From Rhodothermales bacterium (GTDB lineage: Bacteria > Bacteroidota > Rhodothermia > Rhodothermales > Bin80), in the NCBI GenBank assembly GCA_022822185.1, contig JAJECE010000060.1, positions 64,025 to 128,024 on the forward strand: DNA of 64,000 nucleotides, written 5' to 3'. The position numbers and the translations under genes were made by a program. Below the pieces are notes generated by a model that made no database searches, had not been told where the DNA came from, and saw only the letters and a program-made list of their open reading frames with translations. Positions 49,646-60,095 of the stretch are shown here, piece after piece; within the stretch, counting starts at the first letter, position 1; each line of letters starts with the position of its first letter.

Positions 49646-50099
49646 TGTAGATTTCCAGCCGGTCAAGGTATTCTTGTCGCATCAGTTCCTCTGGAATTTC
49701 AATATTCCAATTAGCGGGGTCGTACGTTTTGAACCATGCCCCCTTTTTCCAGTGCGTAATTTGAATCAGTGCAGAAGCGGTTTTTTCTGAGAGATCACGT
49801 ATGGTCAGATCAAGAACTTCCTTCGTCGTGTCAACTAAAGCTCCAATAATTTCCACATTGCCGGCAACAGATGTGCTTGGGATAGGATTCGCTGCAAAAC
49901 GCTTTACCTCGTCGTAGAGCATGCGATTTACTGGTCCAAATTTCCAAGCTTCAAAGCGGGCTGCCAGTACAGGCTTATTATACTCCCCCAAGTGTGTCAT
50001 CTGGGAAAGATATAGAAGTTTTTGAAGTTCTAGTTGCGTGATAGTCCGTCTGGAGTTCTCCAGAATGTACTTTGCGGCATCAAGAATAGGAAGTGACAT
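49626..50099 (-). CDS. DUF4065 / Panacea-domain protein (PanA/SocA-type antitoxin-like)
   Basis: 157 aa. LDAAKYIL...ITQLELQKLLYLSQMTHLGEYNKPVLAARFEAWKFGPVNRMLYDEVKRF and ...SALIQITHWKKGAWF match the DUF4065 pattern (KLqKLLY..., fEAW.~GPV...vY, tH...pW). Confidence 0.75.
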   Translation of the reverse strand: MSLPILDAAKYILENSRRTITQLELQKLLYLSQMTHLGEYNKPVLAARFEAWKFGPVNRMLYDEVKRFAANPIPSTSVAGNVEIIGALVDTTKEVLDLTIRDLSEKTASALIQITHWKKGAWFKTYDPANWNIEIPEELMRQEYLDRLEIYNAEISA

Positions 50100-50410
50100 G
50101 ATAAATCAGGATAAATGACGATAATCACGAACACGGTCATGGGTGGTGCATGAGCAGTGATGAATACCATGGGAATGTACGAATTTATCCAAGATTAGTT
50201 CTTTCTTAGTTTTGGGTCCGAAAATCAGTCAAAAGTTGGCATTTGAAAAAAATGAGTGCTATGCGGACAGTTTAGTCTGTCTGCTGAAGAGAGGTTGAAC
50301 GGGATTTCGTGCTTTGCCAGATGTGCCCGGAGGAGGAGCTCAACTGGGATGGGGATCCGTAGAAAAACGAAGCAGAGATCCATCCTCACACGAAAGCGTT
50401 TCTCGAATCC

Positions 50411-50603
50411 GGCTACCAGTAGAGCCGCCAGATAAAAAAGAGGAAGCAGAGGAACAATCCCAGCCCTCCAGGGAGGGTTAATCTCCTGGACCGTAATGTC
50501 CACAAAAGAGGCAGGGTGAGCAAGACCGCGGCAATAATTGAGATGTTTGCCGAACCCGTCGCAACCTCTGGAAGCGGGATCATCAGGCCGCAAATCCCCA
50601 TGA
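50411..50603. repeat. gene-proximal copy of the ~190-bp direct repeat (intact 3' end of antiporter gene)
   Basis: Direct repeat partner of 48911-49105. Confidence 0.75.
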
Positions 50604-51663
50604 TCAGAAATGCATCAAACACATTTGACTGGAAGATGTGACCGACCAGAAGTTTGTGCCGACCGCGCCGGGTCACATTGAGCGCAACGACAATGTCGGG
50701 GAGCGAGGTGCCAATCGCCAGCGCACTTGCCGCCAATGCGCCTGAATTGATCTGCAGGTCTTCGGCAATCTTGACGAGTGCTCCGACAACAATCACGCCG
50801 CTGAAGTACAGCACCCCAATGATGAAACCTAACAGCACCACCCCGGCCAAAGCAGGTACATTGGCCACATTCGTCGCTTCAGATCCCCCCTTTTTCGCTA
50901 ATTCCGGGCCGTAATCCCAGCACTCAAATCCAAAGAGCAGAACTAGGCCTCCAATAAAAAACCAGAAAGGAACATCTCCTGCGGCAATAATGCTCAACTC
51001 GGGCCGTACTCCGGGAACTAGAAGAATACAGAAGATCAAAAGCGGGAAAGCAATCTGCCGCACAGCTTTCATCTGGCGGCGCTTGTCGGATCCAGACAGT
51101 CTTATCTCCGGGCGGATGGGATGGGGATCTGCAGGGGGAGCCTGCTGACGGCTCCGGCGGAACTCAGTATAGATGAAGACCGCATAAAGAATCAAAAACA
51201 GCGATGCATCAAAACGGCCAAAGACACCGTCCAGCCGGCAGAGAAACAAGGTCAAGACCACCGATAATGCCGCAAAAATGATGGGGATAGCATTGACACT
51301 GCCAAAATCTAACTCCCCACTTGAGAGTGCATGAGATTTGGTGATCAGACGGAATTGATTCTCTTTCGTCCGCACAAAAAAGAAGAGGGCCAGAACGCCC
51401 AGTCCAAATCCTGCCCCGATATTGGCAATGGCCGTGCCGAAGACCGTCGGGGCAACCAGTTCGGGAGACCCGGAGTCCGCCGCCGCAACCGAGGTAAAGA
51501 GCTCCGGCAGCGAAGTCCCGATTCCAACCAGAAAACTGCCAATGAAGTAGTCGTTCAAGCGGGCTTTGGCCCCAAGACCGCTGGCAATATCTACAAGCGA
51601 ATCACTCGATCTGACGATGGCATAAATCGAAAGAGCAAGGATACAGAGATGTGCAAGTAACAA
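50413..51663 (-). CDS. CaCA-family cation/calcium antiporter (YrbG-like)
   Basis: 416 aa with two alpha-repeat signatures (GTSLPELFTSV and GTSLPDIVVALNV) separated by a charged loop. About 10 TM segments. TTG start. Confidence 0.8.
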   Translation of the reverse strand: MLLAHLCILALSIYAIVRSSDSLVDIASGLGAKARLNDYFIGSFLVGIGTSLPELFTSVAAADSGSPELVAPTVFGTAIANIGAGFGLGVLALFFFVRTKENQFRLITKSHALSSGELDFGSVNAIPIIFAALSVVLTLFLCRLDGVFGRFDASLFLILYAVFIYTEFRRSRQQAPPADPHPIRPEIRLSGSDKRRQMKAVRQIAFPLLIFCILLVPGVRPELSIIAAGDVPFWFFIGGLVLLFGFECWDYGPELAKKGGSEATNVANVPALAGVVLLGFIIGVLYFSGVIVVGALVKIAEDLQINSGALAASALAIGTSLPDIVVALNVTRRGRHKLLVGHIFQSNVFDAFLIMGICGLMIPLPEVATGSANISIIAAVLLTLPLLWTLRSRRLTLPGGLGLFLCFLFFIWRLYW

Positions 51664-51707
51664 CCTGGCTCGGGGCTAAGGGATGAAGATTACGGCGAAA
51701 AGGAGCA

Positions 51708-52451
51708 TTACCCTGATAGAACCCCTTTCATGTAGGCCCGCCGCATGCTGGCGATCCCGTCAACCGAAATTCCCTTTGGACAGACCGCCTCGCATTCAGT
51801 GTAATTGGAACAGTCCCCGAATCCCTCGACATCCATCTGATCCACCATCGCCATGACACGCTGCGACGCTTCCACCTGCCCCTGGGGAAGCTGGGCCAGA
51901 TGTGCAATCTTTGCTGCGGTAAAGAGCGAAGCGCTCCCGTTCGGGCATGCAGCAACACACGCGCCGCAGCCGATACAGGCCGCGTAATCCATTGCCTCCT
52001 CGGCCGCATCTTTGGGGATCGGGATCGCGTTTGCATCCGGCGCAGAGCCGGTGGTAACTGACACATATCCGTGTGCTGCAATAATCCGGTCAAAGGCGCT
52101 CCGGTCAACCACGAGATCCCGAATGACCGGGAAGGCATGTGCACGGAAGGGTTCCACGGTGATCGTATCTCCATCCTTAAAACTGCGCATATGCAACTGG
52201 CACACCGCCGTACGCTTCTGGGGCCCATGCGCAATTCCAGCGACCATCAGGCCGCACGATCCGCAGATTCCCTCCCGGCAGTCGCTGTCAAACTCTACCG
52301 GATCGTCTCCATCTGCAAGAAGCTGCTCGTTGAGGACGTCCAGGAGTTCCAGAAAGGACATATGCTCACTGGCCTCACGAACGGTGTAGTCCGCAAGTTT
52401 TCCCGGAGAGTCGGGGCCTTCCTGTCTCCAGATACGCAGGTTGATAATCAT
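51708..52451 (-). CDS. sdhB: succinate dehydrogenase/fumarate reductase iron-sulfur subunit
   Basis: Cys clusters [22 protein letters not shown] and C...CTECEAVCP. Start at the ATG at 52451, just after the sdhA stop. Confidence 0.9.
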   Translation of the reverse strand: MIINLRIWRQEGPDSPGKLADYTVREASEHMSFLELLDVLNEQLLADGDDPVEFDSDCREGICGSCGLMVAGIAHGPQKRTAVCQLHMRSFKDGDTITVEPFRAHAFPVIRDLVVDRSAFDRIIAAHGYVSVTTGSAPDANAIPIPKDAAEEAMDYAACIGCGACVAACPNGSASLFTAAKIAHLAQLPQGQVEASQRVMAMVDQMDVEGFGDCSNYTECEAVCPKGISVDGIASMRRAYMKGVLSG

Positions 52452-52455
52452 GGCA

Positions 52456-54399
52456 CTATTTATAGCTGCGTTTAGATAAGTGGACGTTCTCAAAAGAGAG
52501 CTGTTCGAGGTGCAGTGCAGGATCCCCGTCCGTATGCTCCCAGGCGGCTACGTCTGCAAACGCCTCATCATTGCGTGCAGCCTCCCCTTCGGGGGTCTGA
52601 TACTCTTCACGGAAATGTCCCCCGCAGGATTCTTCGCGGCGAAGGGCATCCCGCGCCATGAGTGACCCCAACTCAATAAAATCGGCCACACGACCGGCAA
52701 ACTCAAGATTCTTGTTGTACCGGTCTGCAGTACCCGGGACGCGAACACGCTCCCAGAACTCCTCTCGTAAATTTTCAATTGCATGGATTGACGATTCCAG
52801 CCCGGTCCGGTCTCGTGCCATCCCCACATGATCCCACAGCAGGCGGCCGAGCTCCCGGTGAAACTGAATCGGGGACTTGTCTCCGTCATTATTGAGAATC
52901 CGGTCAATGCGTGTACCTGCTTCCTCTTCAACGGCTGCGAAGGCGCCATTCGTTGTGGACACCTGGTCCGACTGGCGGGTTCCAGCAAGATAGGCACCAA
53001 GGGTGTAGGGAATCACAAAATATCCATCCGCCAGTCCCTGCATGAGTGCACTTGCTCCCAGGCGGTTGGCACCGTGGTCGCTGAAATTCGCTTCGCCAAG
53101 AACAAACAGGCCGGGAACCGTGCTCTGAAGTTCGTAGTCCACCCAAAGGCCGCCCATCGTATAGTGGACTGCAGGATAGATCCGCATCGGAGTCTTGTAG
53201 GGATTATCACCGGTGATGCGCTCATACATCTCAAACAGATTTCCATAGCGTTCACGAATCGTCTGCTCTCCAAGGCGGCGGATAGAATCCGCAAAATCAA
53301 GATAGACCGCAAGGCGGGTATCTCCGACTCCGCGCCCGGCATCACACTCCTTCTTCGCCGCGCGGGAGGCAACGTCCCGGGGCACTAAATTTCCGAAACT
53401 GGGATACCGGCGTTCCAGATAATAATCCCGGCCGTCTTCAGGAATCATTTCCGGCGCACGCATGTCTTCTGGATCCTTCGGAACCCAGACACGACCATCA
53501 TTGCGAAGGCTTTCGCTCATCAGCGTGAGCTTGGACTGGTACTCTCCCGACACGGGGATGCAGGTTGGATGAATCTGGGTGTAGCACGGATTCGCAAAAA
53601 ATGCCCCCCGTTTATAGCAACGCCATGCGGCCGTGACATTGGAGTTCTTGGCATTCGTAGAAAGATAGTAGGCATTCCCGTAGCCACCCGTACAAAGCAG
53701 AACCGCATCCCCTGCGTACCGCTCCAGTTCGCCCGTAATGAGATTGCGTGTGATCAGTCCCTGGGTGCGGCCGTTGTCCACGACCAGATCGATCATCTCT
53801 CTGCGTGGCAGCATGGTGACACGCCCGGCGGCGATCTGATGACTCAGGGCCTGATAGGCACCGAGCAGGAGTTGTTGTCCGGTCTGCCCGCGTGCATAAA
53901 AAGTACGTGAAACCTGTGCTCCGCCGAACGAGCGGTTGGAGAGGACTCCTCCGTACTCCCGCGCAAACGGAACGCCCTGCGCAACGGCCTGATCAATGAT
54001 ATTATTGGATACCTGGGCAAGCCGGTAGACATTGGCTTCCCGTGAGCGGTAGTCGCCCCCCTTGATGGTATCGTAAAACAGCCGCCAGACGGTATCTCCG
54101 TCATTGGGATAGTTTTTGGCCGCGTTGATACCGCCCTGTGCGGCGATGGAATGGGCCCTGCGTGCAGAGTCCTGGATGCAGAAGCAGGTCACCTTGTAGC
54201 CGAGCCCCGCCAGCGTTGCAGCAGCGGAAGCTCCGGCAAGGCCGGAGCCCACGACGAGAATACGGTGAGAACGTTTGTTGGCAGGGCTGACCAGAGAAAC
54301 CGAATTTTTGTAGGCATCCCACTTTTCCTGAAGCCGGCCCGCGGGGACCTTTGCATTCAGACGTGAACTGTGTGATAGATCGGATGCAGATATGGTCAT
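52456..54399 (-). CDS. sdhA: succinate dehydrogenase/fumarate reductase flavoprotein subunit
   Basis: [18 protein letters not shown] (FAD), [12 protein letters not shown] (covalent FAD His), [10 protein letters not shown] and SCGGHFREE. Start at the ATG at 54399. Confidence 0.95.
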   Translation of the reverse strand: MTISASDLSHSSRLNAKVPAGRLQEKWDAYKNSVSLVSPANKRSHRILVVGSGLAGASAAATLAGLGYKVTCFCIQDSARRAHSIAAQGGINAAKNYPNDGDTVWRLFYDTIKGGDYRSREANVYRLAQVSNNIIDQAVAQGVPFAREYGGVLSNRSFGGAQVSRTFYARGQTGQQLLLGAYQALSHQIAAGRVTMLPRREMIDLVVDNGRTQGLITRNLITGELERYAGDAVLLCTGGYGNAYYLSTNAKNSNVTAAWRCYKRGAFFANPCYTQIHPTCIPVSGEYQSKLTLMSESLRNDGRVWVPKDPEDMRAPEMIPEDGRDYYLERRYPSFGNLVPRDVASRAAKKECDAGRGVGDTRLAVYLDFADSIRRLGEQTIRERYGNLFEMYERITGDNPYKTPMRIYPAVHYTMGGLWVDYELQSTVPGLFVLGEANFSDHGANRLGASALMQGLADGYFVIPYTLGAYLAGTRQSDQVSTTNGAFAAVEEEAGTRIDRILNNDGDKSPIQFHRELGRLLWDHVGMARDRTGLESSIHAIENLREEFWERVRVPGTADRYNKNLEFAGRVADFIELGSLMARDALRREESCGGHFREEYQTPEGEAARNDEAFADVAAWEHTDGDPALHLEQLSFENVHLSKRSYK

Positions 54400-54409
54400 T
54401 TTGTTTGAT

Positions 54410-55099
54410 TTAAACCCCGAAGTAGATATACAGCGGAACAAACAGGAATCCAACCGCCACCAGAACTCCCAGAATCGCGGCAGTGGTGTAGAGATAAGGG
54501 GACAGGCGGCGACTCATCACGCCTAGCGACTGAAGAGCACTCCACACGCCGTGCCGCATGTGCATGCCAAGAAGGATCATCACAAGCGGATACCCGAAGG
54601 CATAGAGAGGTTCCTGGAATTTTTCAGTCATCAATCGGCGCAGATCACGGACCTCACCGATTCCTGCCAACTCAACCGTATAGCCCTCTGCAACTCCAGG
54701 TCCGTATTTGAAGGAGTTCAAGTGCAAAATTAAAAATCCTAACAGGATGATCCCTGTAAAGATCATGGAGCGGGCGCTGTAGCCAGACTTGCCGGGGGCC
54801 CCAGCGCTCTTGTAGAACTTGTATCCAACAGGGCGGGCTTTGCGCCGGCGCACCTGGATGGATATCCCCACCACCGCATGCAAAAGAAAGCAAAGGGCTA
54901 AGAGAATCTCAATCGTATAGAAGAGCCATCCGAGGCTCATTAACTTGTAGGCATACGCATTGTACGCGTTGACATCCGGTGACAGATAGGTCAGGTTGCC
55001 AATCATGTGCGCGATCACAAATGCAACCAGACCGATTCCGGTCGCTCCGGTCAGAACCTTGCGTCCAACCGGGGACATGAGGGCATTCATCAACTTCAT
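54410..55099 (-). CDS. sdhC: succinate dehydrogenase cytochrome b subunit (b558-type, single membrane anchor)
   Basis: 229 aa with 5 TM segments and conserved His residues ([21 protein letters not shown]). It is the first gene of sdhCAB. Confidence 0.8.
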   Translation of the reverse strand: MKLMNALMSPVGRKVLTGATGIGLVAFVIAHMIGNLTYLSPDVNAYNAYAYKLMSLGWLFYTIEILLALCFLLHAVVGISIQVRRRKARPVGYKFYKSAGAPGKSGYSARSMIFTGIILLGFLILHLNSFKYGPGVAEGYTVELAGIGEVRDLRRLMTEKFQEPLYAFGYPLVMILLGMHMRHGVWSALQSLGVMSRRLSPYLYTTAAILGVLVAVGFLFVPLYIYFGV

Positions 55100-55151
55100 G
55101 GTATGCAGGCCATTGCTGTGAAAGAGTTTACCAGAAGATCAGGTATGGGTT

Positions 55152-56318
55152 CTAGGCATGATTGTCCTTGGCCGCTGCACCGTCAACAGTGAGTCCGACA
55201 GGACCCGTATATGCGGCCCTCGGCCGGATTAACCGGTTGTCGTCCCATTGCTCCATAAGGTGAGCAGACCAGCCGGTGATCCTTCCCATCACAAAGAGGG
55301 TCGTGTAAAAGTCGGGTGCGATTCCCAGTAGATGATAGACCAGTCCACTGTAAAAATCCACGTTTGCGTTGATTCCTTTTTCTTTCTCCATCACCCTTGT
55401 GAGCGTGGAGCAAAGATCCACCCACGCCATCTGCCCCCGTTCACGGCCCAGTTCTTCGAGCATCTGTCGCAGTACGCTTGCACGTGGATCCAGTGTCTTA
55501 TAGACGCGATGTCCAAACCCCATGATCCGTTCTTTTGCCGCCAGTTTTCTGCGAACAAATTCCGCAGGGTCTTCGCCACTTTCCTGCAATTCAAGGAGCA
55601 TCATCATGACGCGTGTATTGGCTCCTCCGTGCAATGCCCCTTTGAGGGCTGCAACGGCTCCCGTGACGGCGGAATAAAGATCACTGAGGGTCGCACCAAT
55701 GACGCGGGCAGCAAAAGTGGAGGCATTCAATCCATGTTCCGCGTGCAGAACCAGTGCGGCATCCAGAGCTTCAACAGCGCGGTCTCCCGGCTCCTCGCCG
55801 GACAGCATGTACAGGAAGTTTTCAGCAATATTTCCGGTTTCCCGCGGAGGAATCGGGGATTTTCCTTCGCGATGGCGGGCCAGCGCGGCAATCAAAACCG
55901 GGATCTGTGCCGTCAAACGCAGTGATTTACGGTAATTGGCATCTTTTGAACCGTCATTTGCTTCAGGGTCGTAATGCGAGAGCAGAGAAATACCGGTCCG
56001 CAGTGCCGCCATTGCGTCAAAGTCGGTAGGCAGCTGGACAAGCGCCCGCAGAACCGCTTCCGGTACAGGACGAAGTCTGGACAATTGCCGGGATAGAGTA
56101 CTCTGCCGGGTTTCATCTGGAAGTTGGCCATGCCAGAGAAGATAGGCGACATCCTCGAAGGTGCTGTTCTGCGCAAGATCCTCAATTGCGTACCCCCGGT
56201 AAACGAGAGTTCCCTTACGCCCATCAATGTAGCAGATGGATGAGTTCAGTGCGATAACACCCTCAAGACCTTTTGCATGACGATCCTGGCCAGAGGGAGG
56301 AAGGATTGGTGGATTCAT
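55152..56318 (-). CDS. gltA: citrate synthase (small, type I / 2-methylcitrate synthase-like)
   Basis: GLEGVIALNSSICYIDG, LVLHAEHGLNASTF, GALHGGAN and MGFGHRVYKTLDPR. Confidence 0.9.
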   Translation of the reverse strand: MNPPILPPSGQDRHAKGLEGVIALNSSICYIDGRKGTLVYRGYAIEDLAQNSTFEDVAYLLWHGQLPDETRQSTLSRQLSRLRPVPEAVLRALVQLPTDFDAMAALRTGISLLSHYDPEANDGSKDANYRKSLRLTAQIPVLIAALARHREGKSPIPPRETGNIAENFLYMLSGEEPGDRAVEALDAALVLHAEHGLNASTFAARVIGATLSDLYSAVTGAVAALKGALHGGANTRVMMMLLELQESGEDPAEFVRRKLAAKERIMGFGHRVYKTLDPRASVLRQMLEELGRERGQMAWVDLCSTLTRVMEKEKGINANVDFYSGLVYHLLGIAPDFYTTLFVMGRITGWSAHLMEQWDDNRLIRPRAAYTGPVGLTVDGAAAKDNHA

Positions 56319-56588
56319 ATGAGGCTAAGTGATAGCAATAGTGCGCTGTTTGATTTCGTGCTTTAACGCTTGAATTTTGATGATGTGCCGAAAATGGATC
56401 AAACCGCGTACATTTTCGTAACGTAGCCTATTGAACACATCAAAATCTGGCGTGAGCCCCTCGGGGCCCCCAACCAATATCAGTGCGCAAAGCAACTTTC
56501 TGTCCTCCGATCGCCGTTTACCCCGCTTGGGGAACATGACCAGGTGTCATCTGGAGGTTCACGATAAGCGCACCTAAAATTATGCTAT

Positions 56589-58322
56589 ATGCCAAAAGAA
56601 ATCATTATTAATACCACATCCAAGGAAACGAGGATTGCCATCGTTGATGAGGGGAAGCTGATTGAGTTTCTGATTGAGAATCCGGATAACGAGCGAACCG
56701 TAGGAGACATCTTTCTGGGTCGTATTGACGCGTTCCGCTCCAGCCTTCGAGCTGCGTTTGTGGATATTGGAGAAGATCAGCATGGGTTTTTGCACTTCTC
56801 GGATCTTGCAGAGAATCTTGAGCCGCAGCTTATGTATGTGGAAGATCAAAAGCCGAAGGTGACCAAGACGATGGAGGCCTGGTCTCCCAGGCCGTCCAAG
56901 TCCTCTTCCCAGAGTGGCGGGTTCCGTCGCCGGTGGGGGGATTCCAATCTGCTGAAATCTAAAAAGAGCATCCTCGTTACGATCACCAAGGAGCCCTATC
57001 ACAGTAAGAGTCCGCGGCTCTCTACGGACATCTCTCTGGCGGGGCGTTTTCTGGTGCTGATTCCACTTGCGGAGTACAGCGCCGTTTCCCGGCGGATCGA
57101 AAATCGAAGGGAGCGGCAGCGTTTGCGTTCGATCATGAAAAAAATCCGGCCATCCGGGTTTGGCCTGATTGCCCGGACCGTTGCCGAAGGCAGGGATGAA
57201 GAGGCGCTGGAACTGGATCTGCAACTGCTTATGGAACGGTGGGGGAAGATTGAGAAAAAACTGCAGGGATCCCCGAAGCCTCCCATCAAACTGTACGAGG
57301 ATGTAAATCTGGCCTCGTCGATCATCCGGGATTTATTCTCGGATGATTTTTCGCGTATTCTAGTGGATAATCACCGGATGTACCGGGCCATTCGAGGGTA
57401 TATTTTAGCGGTGGCCCCCCACATGATCAATGCGGTCAAACAGCATAAAGGCCGCAAATCAGTCTTTGCAGCCTCTGGAGTTGAAGATCAAATTAATGAG
57501 GTCTTTGATACACAGGTGAGTCTCCCCTCGGGTGGATCGCTCATCATTGAGTCTACCGAAGCAATGCATGTGATTGATGTGAATTCCGGACGAACCCGTT
57601 CCAGGCATGACCCTGAGGGATTTGCTCTAAAGGTTAACCTTGAGGCCGTGGAGGTGATTGCACGGCAAATTCGCCTGCGGGACCTGAGTGGTCTGGTTGT
57701 GGTTGATTTTATAGATCTGCGATACGAGAATAATCGCAAAAAGGTAGATGAAAAGCTTACGCAGGCATTCCAGAGTGAGCGTGTACAGTGCGATAATCTC
57801 CCCATGAGCGAACTGGGAATTGTCCAGATTGCACGTGAGCGACGTCGGGTCAGCGTCACTTCTACGCACCGGCTTGCCCGAAAATCAAAGATCCATCGAA
57901 CCCCCCCGCCCGATCCTGAAGCGATGACCAAGCGGATCGAAAAGTGGCTGGAAAAACATGACGGGGGGAATTTGCTTTTGGAATTGCATCCGTTCACAGT
58001 TGCATGGGTAAATCAGGGCCGATGGGGGCGGAGCAAAAAGATGCAATGGCAGCGCCAGTATAAGCACCGAATCACGGTGATTCAATCCGAAAAGCTCCGC
58101 GCAGATGAGTTCCGGTTTCTGGATGCGACGAGTGAGCACGATATCACGGATCTGAGTCCCCGGATGGTTCGCATCAAAGCGCAATCCAAACAGGCACAGT
58201 CCAGGAAGTCCAAGCCGGCAAACAAAAAACAGACTCCACGCAAACCGCGCAGGAACAACGACGAGCAGGCACCACGGAAGTCCCCCTCTTCGCGTGAAAA
58301 AAAAGCGGCAACCAATGCATGA
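56589..58322 (+). CDS. rng: ribonuclease E/G family endoribonuclease
   Basis: S1 domain (ERTVGDIFLGRI...AFVDIG), the catalytic block IESTEAMHVIDVNSG and VVDFIDL, and a basic C-terminal tail. Confidence 0.85.
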   Translation: MPKEIIINTTSKETRIAIVDEGKLIEFLIENPDNERTVGDIFLGRIDAFRSSLRAAFVDIGEDQHGFLHFSDLAENLEPQLMYVEDQKPKVTKTMEAWSPRPSKSSSQSGGFRRRWGDSNLLKSKKSILVTITKEPYHSKSPRLSTDISLAGRFLVLIPLAEYSAVSRRIENRRERQRLRSIMKKIRPSGFGLIARTVAEGRDEEALELDLQLLMERWGKIEKKLQGSPKPPIKLYEDVNLASSIIRDLFSDDFSRILVDNHRMYRAIRGYILAVAPHMINAVKQHKGRKSVFAASGVEDQINEVFDTQVSLPSGGSLIIESTEAMHVIDVNSGRTRSRHDPEGFALKVNLEAVEVIARQIRLRDLSGLVVVDFIDLRYENNRKKVDEKLTQAFQSERVQCDNLPMSELGIVQIARERRRVSVTSTHRLARKSKIHRTPPPDPEAMTKRIEKWLEKHDGGNLLLELHPFTVAWVNQGRWGRSKKMQWQRQYKHRITVIQSEKLRADEFRFLDATSEHDITDLSPRMVRIKAQSKQAQSRKSKPANKKQTPRKPRRNNDEQAPRKSPSSREKKAATNA

Positions 58323-59037
58323 GAATGCCCGCAGGGGTTCACTGGCGGCCCTGCTTTTGATGTTGATCTCTACAGAGATTGCCGCGCAGAACTGGTCTTC
58401 GGATCGTGGAAGGCAGGGTGGCGGGTTCAGCATCGGGATCATTGATCACGCATATGCGGGGTCGCAGACCACCGGCGAATTGTATGATTATCAGGGGGTC
58501 GGCTTCGGGCTTTCGTATCTCGGCAGGCAGGTGCGTGCATCCCTTCTCTTTGCCAGTTCTGCAGAGCCGCGCACCTTTCTGGATATCTCCGCTGTGGGCT
58601 GGCTTGCTCCCTCGTTTGCGAGGATCAAACGGGAGAATACGAGTTTTTCAGCACCGCTGGCAGTTTTGGCAGCGTGGCGCAGGACCTCGGCAGAAAAGAA
58701 TGTTGCTCCCCTTGGCGCATCGGCGCTTTTGTTTGGAGCAGGTGGAGAATGGATTCAGTCCATCCGTGATCGTGCAGGGCTGGAGTTGCGGGCGATCCCG
58801 CTTATCGGTATTACCGGCAGTCAGATTGCGGATGCGGTCGGGCTTTCATGGGCGGTGGACACGGAGGTGCGGTTCTTTATTGCGGAGGTGTTTTCGCGTT
58901 TTGGTCTCACACTTGGGTATATGTTCCGCTATCAATTGTGGAATATCAATGGATCCAGAGCATTTGCAGATAGCGTGGATGAAGTGTATGACTATGACAG
59001 CCGGGTGCATGCCCTGTCTGCAGGGGTCTGGTTTTGA
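58315..59037 (+). CDS. hypothetical secreted protein, possibly a small beta-barrel
   Basis: Signal peptide ...SLAALLLMLISTEIAAQ, alternating hydrophobic pattern, and a terminal aromatic (GVWF). No family recognised. Confidence 0.4.
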   Translation: MHENARRGSLAALLLMLISTEIAAQNWSSDRGRQGGGFSIGIIDHAYAGSQTTGELYDYQGVGFGLSYLGRQVRASLLFASSAEPRTFLDISAVGWLAPSFARIKRENTSFSAPLAVLAAWRRTSAEKNVAPLGASALLFGAGGEWIQSIRDRAGLELRAIPLIGITGSQIADAVGLSWAVDTEVRFFIAEVFSRFGLTLGYMFRYQLWNINGSRAFADSVDEVYDYDSRVHALSAGVWF

Positions 59038-59040
59038 GGG

Positions 59041-59310
59041 ATGAGCAAGGATACGGCGATTCTACGTGCCATGGAGGACGCAGCCCGGAAGTCCGGTTAC
59101 AAGGTCCGATGGGACAGGGGGCAGTTTCGAGGTGGGTCCTGCACGCTGGAGGGCAGTAAACTGATTGTTCTGAACCGGCATCACCCCATTGAGGTGCATC
59201 TGGGGGTTCTGGCGCGCACACTGAAGGATGTTCCCCTTGAGGAAATCTCCATTCGAAAAGGGATGCGCAGGCATGTGGAATCTATTATCCAGAAGTACTC
59301 ATCCGAGTAG
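59041..59310 (+). CDS. hypothetical 89-aa protein
   Basis: Compact ORF tightly packed between neighbouring genes. No family recognised. Confidence 0.4.
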   Translation: MSKDTAILRAMEDAARKSGYKVRWDRGQFRGGSCTLEGSKLIVLNRHHPIEVHLGVLARTLKDVPLEEISIRKGMRRHVESIIQKYSSE

Positions 59311-59316
59311 AGATGC

Positions 59317-60093
59317 ATGCGGATCACGCTATTGGGTACTGGCACCTCCGTGGGGATCCCTATGATTGGCTGCGACTGTGAGACCTGTCAGTCGACCGAT
59401 CCGCGTGATCAGCGCCTGCGTACGGCATGCCATGTTCAGGCCGGGGATCTCAGTATTGTCATTGATACGGGGCCGGATTTCCGGGTGCAGATGCTGCGTG
59501 CACGGATACGTCAGGTGGATGCGGTGCTCTGGACGCACCACCACTACGATCATGTGATGGGTCTGGATGATCTGCGTCCGTACTTTTTTGGCTGCTATGC
59601 TCCTATTGCCTGTTTTGCGCACCGGGGCAGCATCCCGGTGCTGCGGCAGATTTTTCCGTATGTCTGGGAGGAAAGAAGCATATATATGGGGACCCTGGAC
59701 CTGAGGGCTGCGGAGATGCCGTTCAAAGTCAGGAGCCGGTATGGGAGCCCCGATTCTATTCAGGTCACGCCGATTGAGGTGCTGCATGGTCAAATGCCGA
59801 TGAACGGGTATCGGATCGGCAATTTTGCGTACATAACCGATGTGAGTCACATTCCTGAAGCCGAGTACGCCAAACTTCAGGATCTTGACCTGCTGGCACT
59901 GGATGCTCTCCGCCCCCGGAAACACCCCCATCACTTTTCCATTACGGAAGCCGTAGACGTTGCATCTGTGATTGGAGCAAAGCAGACGGTATTTATTCAC
60001 ATGTCCCATCAGGTCCTCCATGCACGGGAGAGTGCACAATTGCCAAAAACCATGCAGTTCGGATATGATGGAATGATTCTCAGTTCAAGTTGA
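59317..60093 (+). CDS. MBL-fold metallo-hydrolase (PhnP-like)
   Basis: MRITLLGTGTSVGIP...C.C..C followed by the WTHHHYDHVMGLDDL (HxHxDH) motif. Confidence 0.8.
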   Translation: MRITLLGTGTSVGIPMIGCDCETCQSTDPRDQRLRTACHVQAGDLSIVIDTGPDFRVQMLRARIRQVDAVLWTHHHYDHVMGLDDLRPYFFGCYAPIACFAHRGSIPVLRQIFPYVWEERSIYMGTLDLRAAEMPFKVRSRYGSPDSIQVTPIEVLHGQMPMNGYRIGNFAYITDVSHIPEAEYAKLQDLDLLALDALRPRKHPHHFSITEAVDVASVIGAKQTVFIHMSHQVLHARESAQLPKTMQFGYDGMILSSS

Positions 60094-60095
60094 TT

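Noticed and set aside
50225-50383. 52-aa ORF (MDLCFVFLRIPIPVELLLRAHLAKHEIPF...) upstream of the PanA-like gene, considered as an alternative toxin partner.
   Set aside because: There is a 125-nt gap to PanA, no recognisable features and no obvious ribosome-binding context. The overlapping downstream ORF pair is the better candidate.
56325-56537. 70-aa ORF between citrate synthase and rng. Its KRGKRRSEDRKLLCALILV...FNRLRYENVRG stretch faintly resembles the N-terminal OrfA of IS5/IS427-type transposases.
   Set aside because: The similarity is weak and short, with no flanking IS features. At most it is a very degraded remnant, so it is not reported as a feature.
56580-57224. 214-aa ORF antisense to the 5' part of the RNase E/G gene. 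A similar 236-aa ORF lies at 59329-60039, antisense to the MBL hydrolase gene.
   Set aside because: These are shadow ORFs within well-supported genes.
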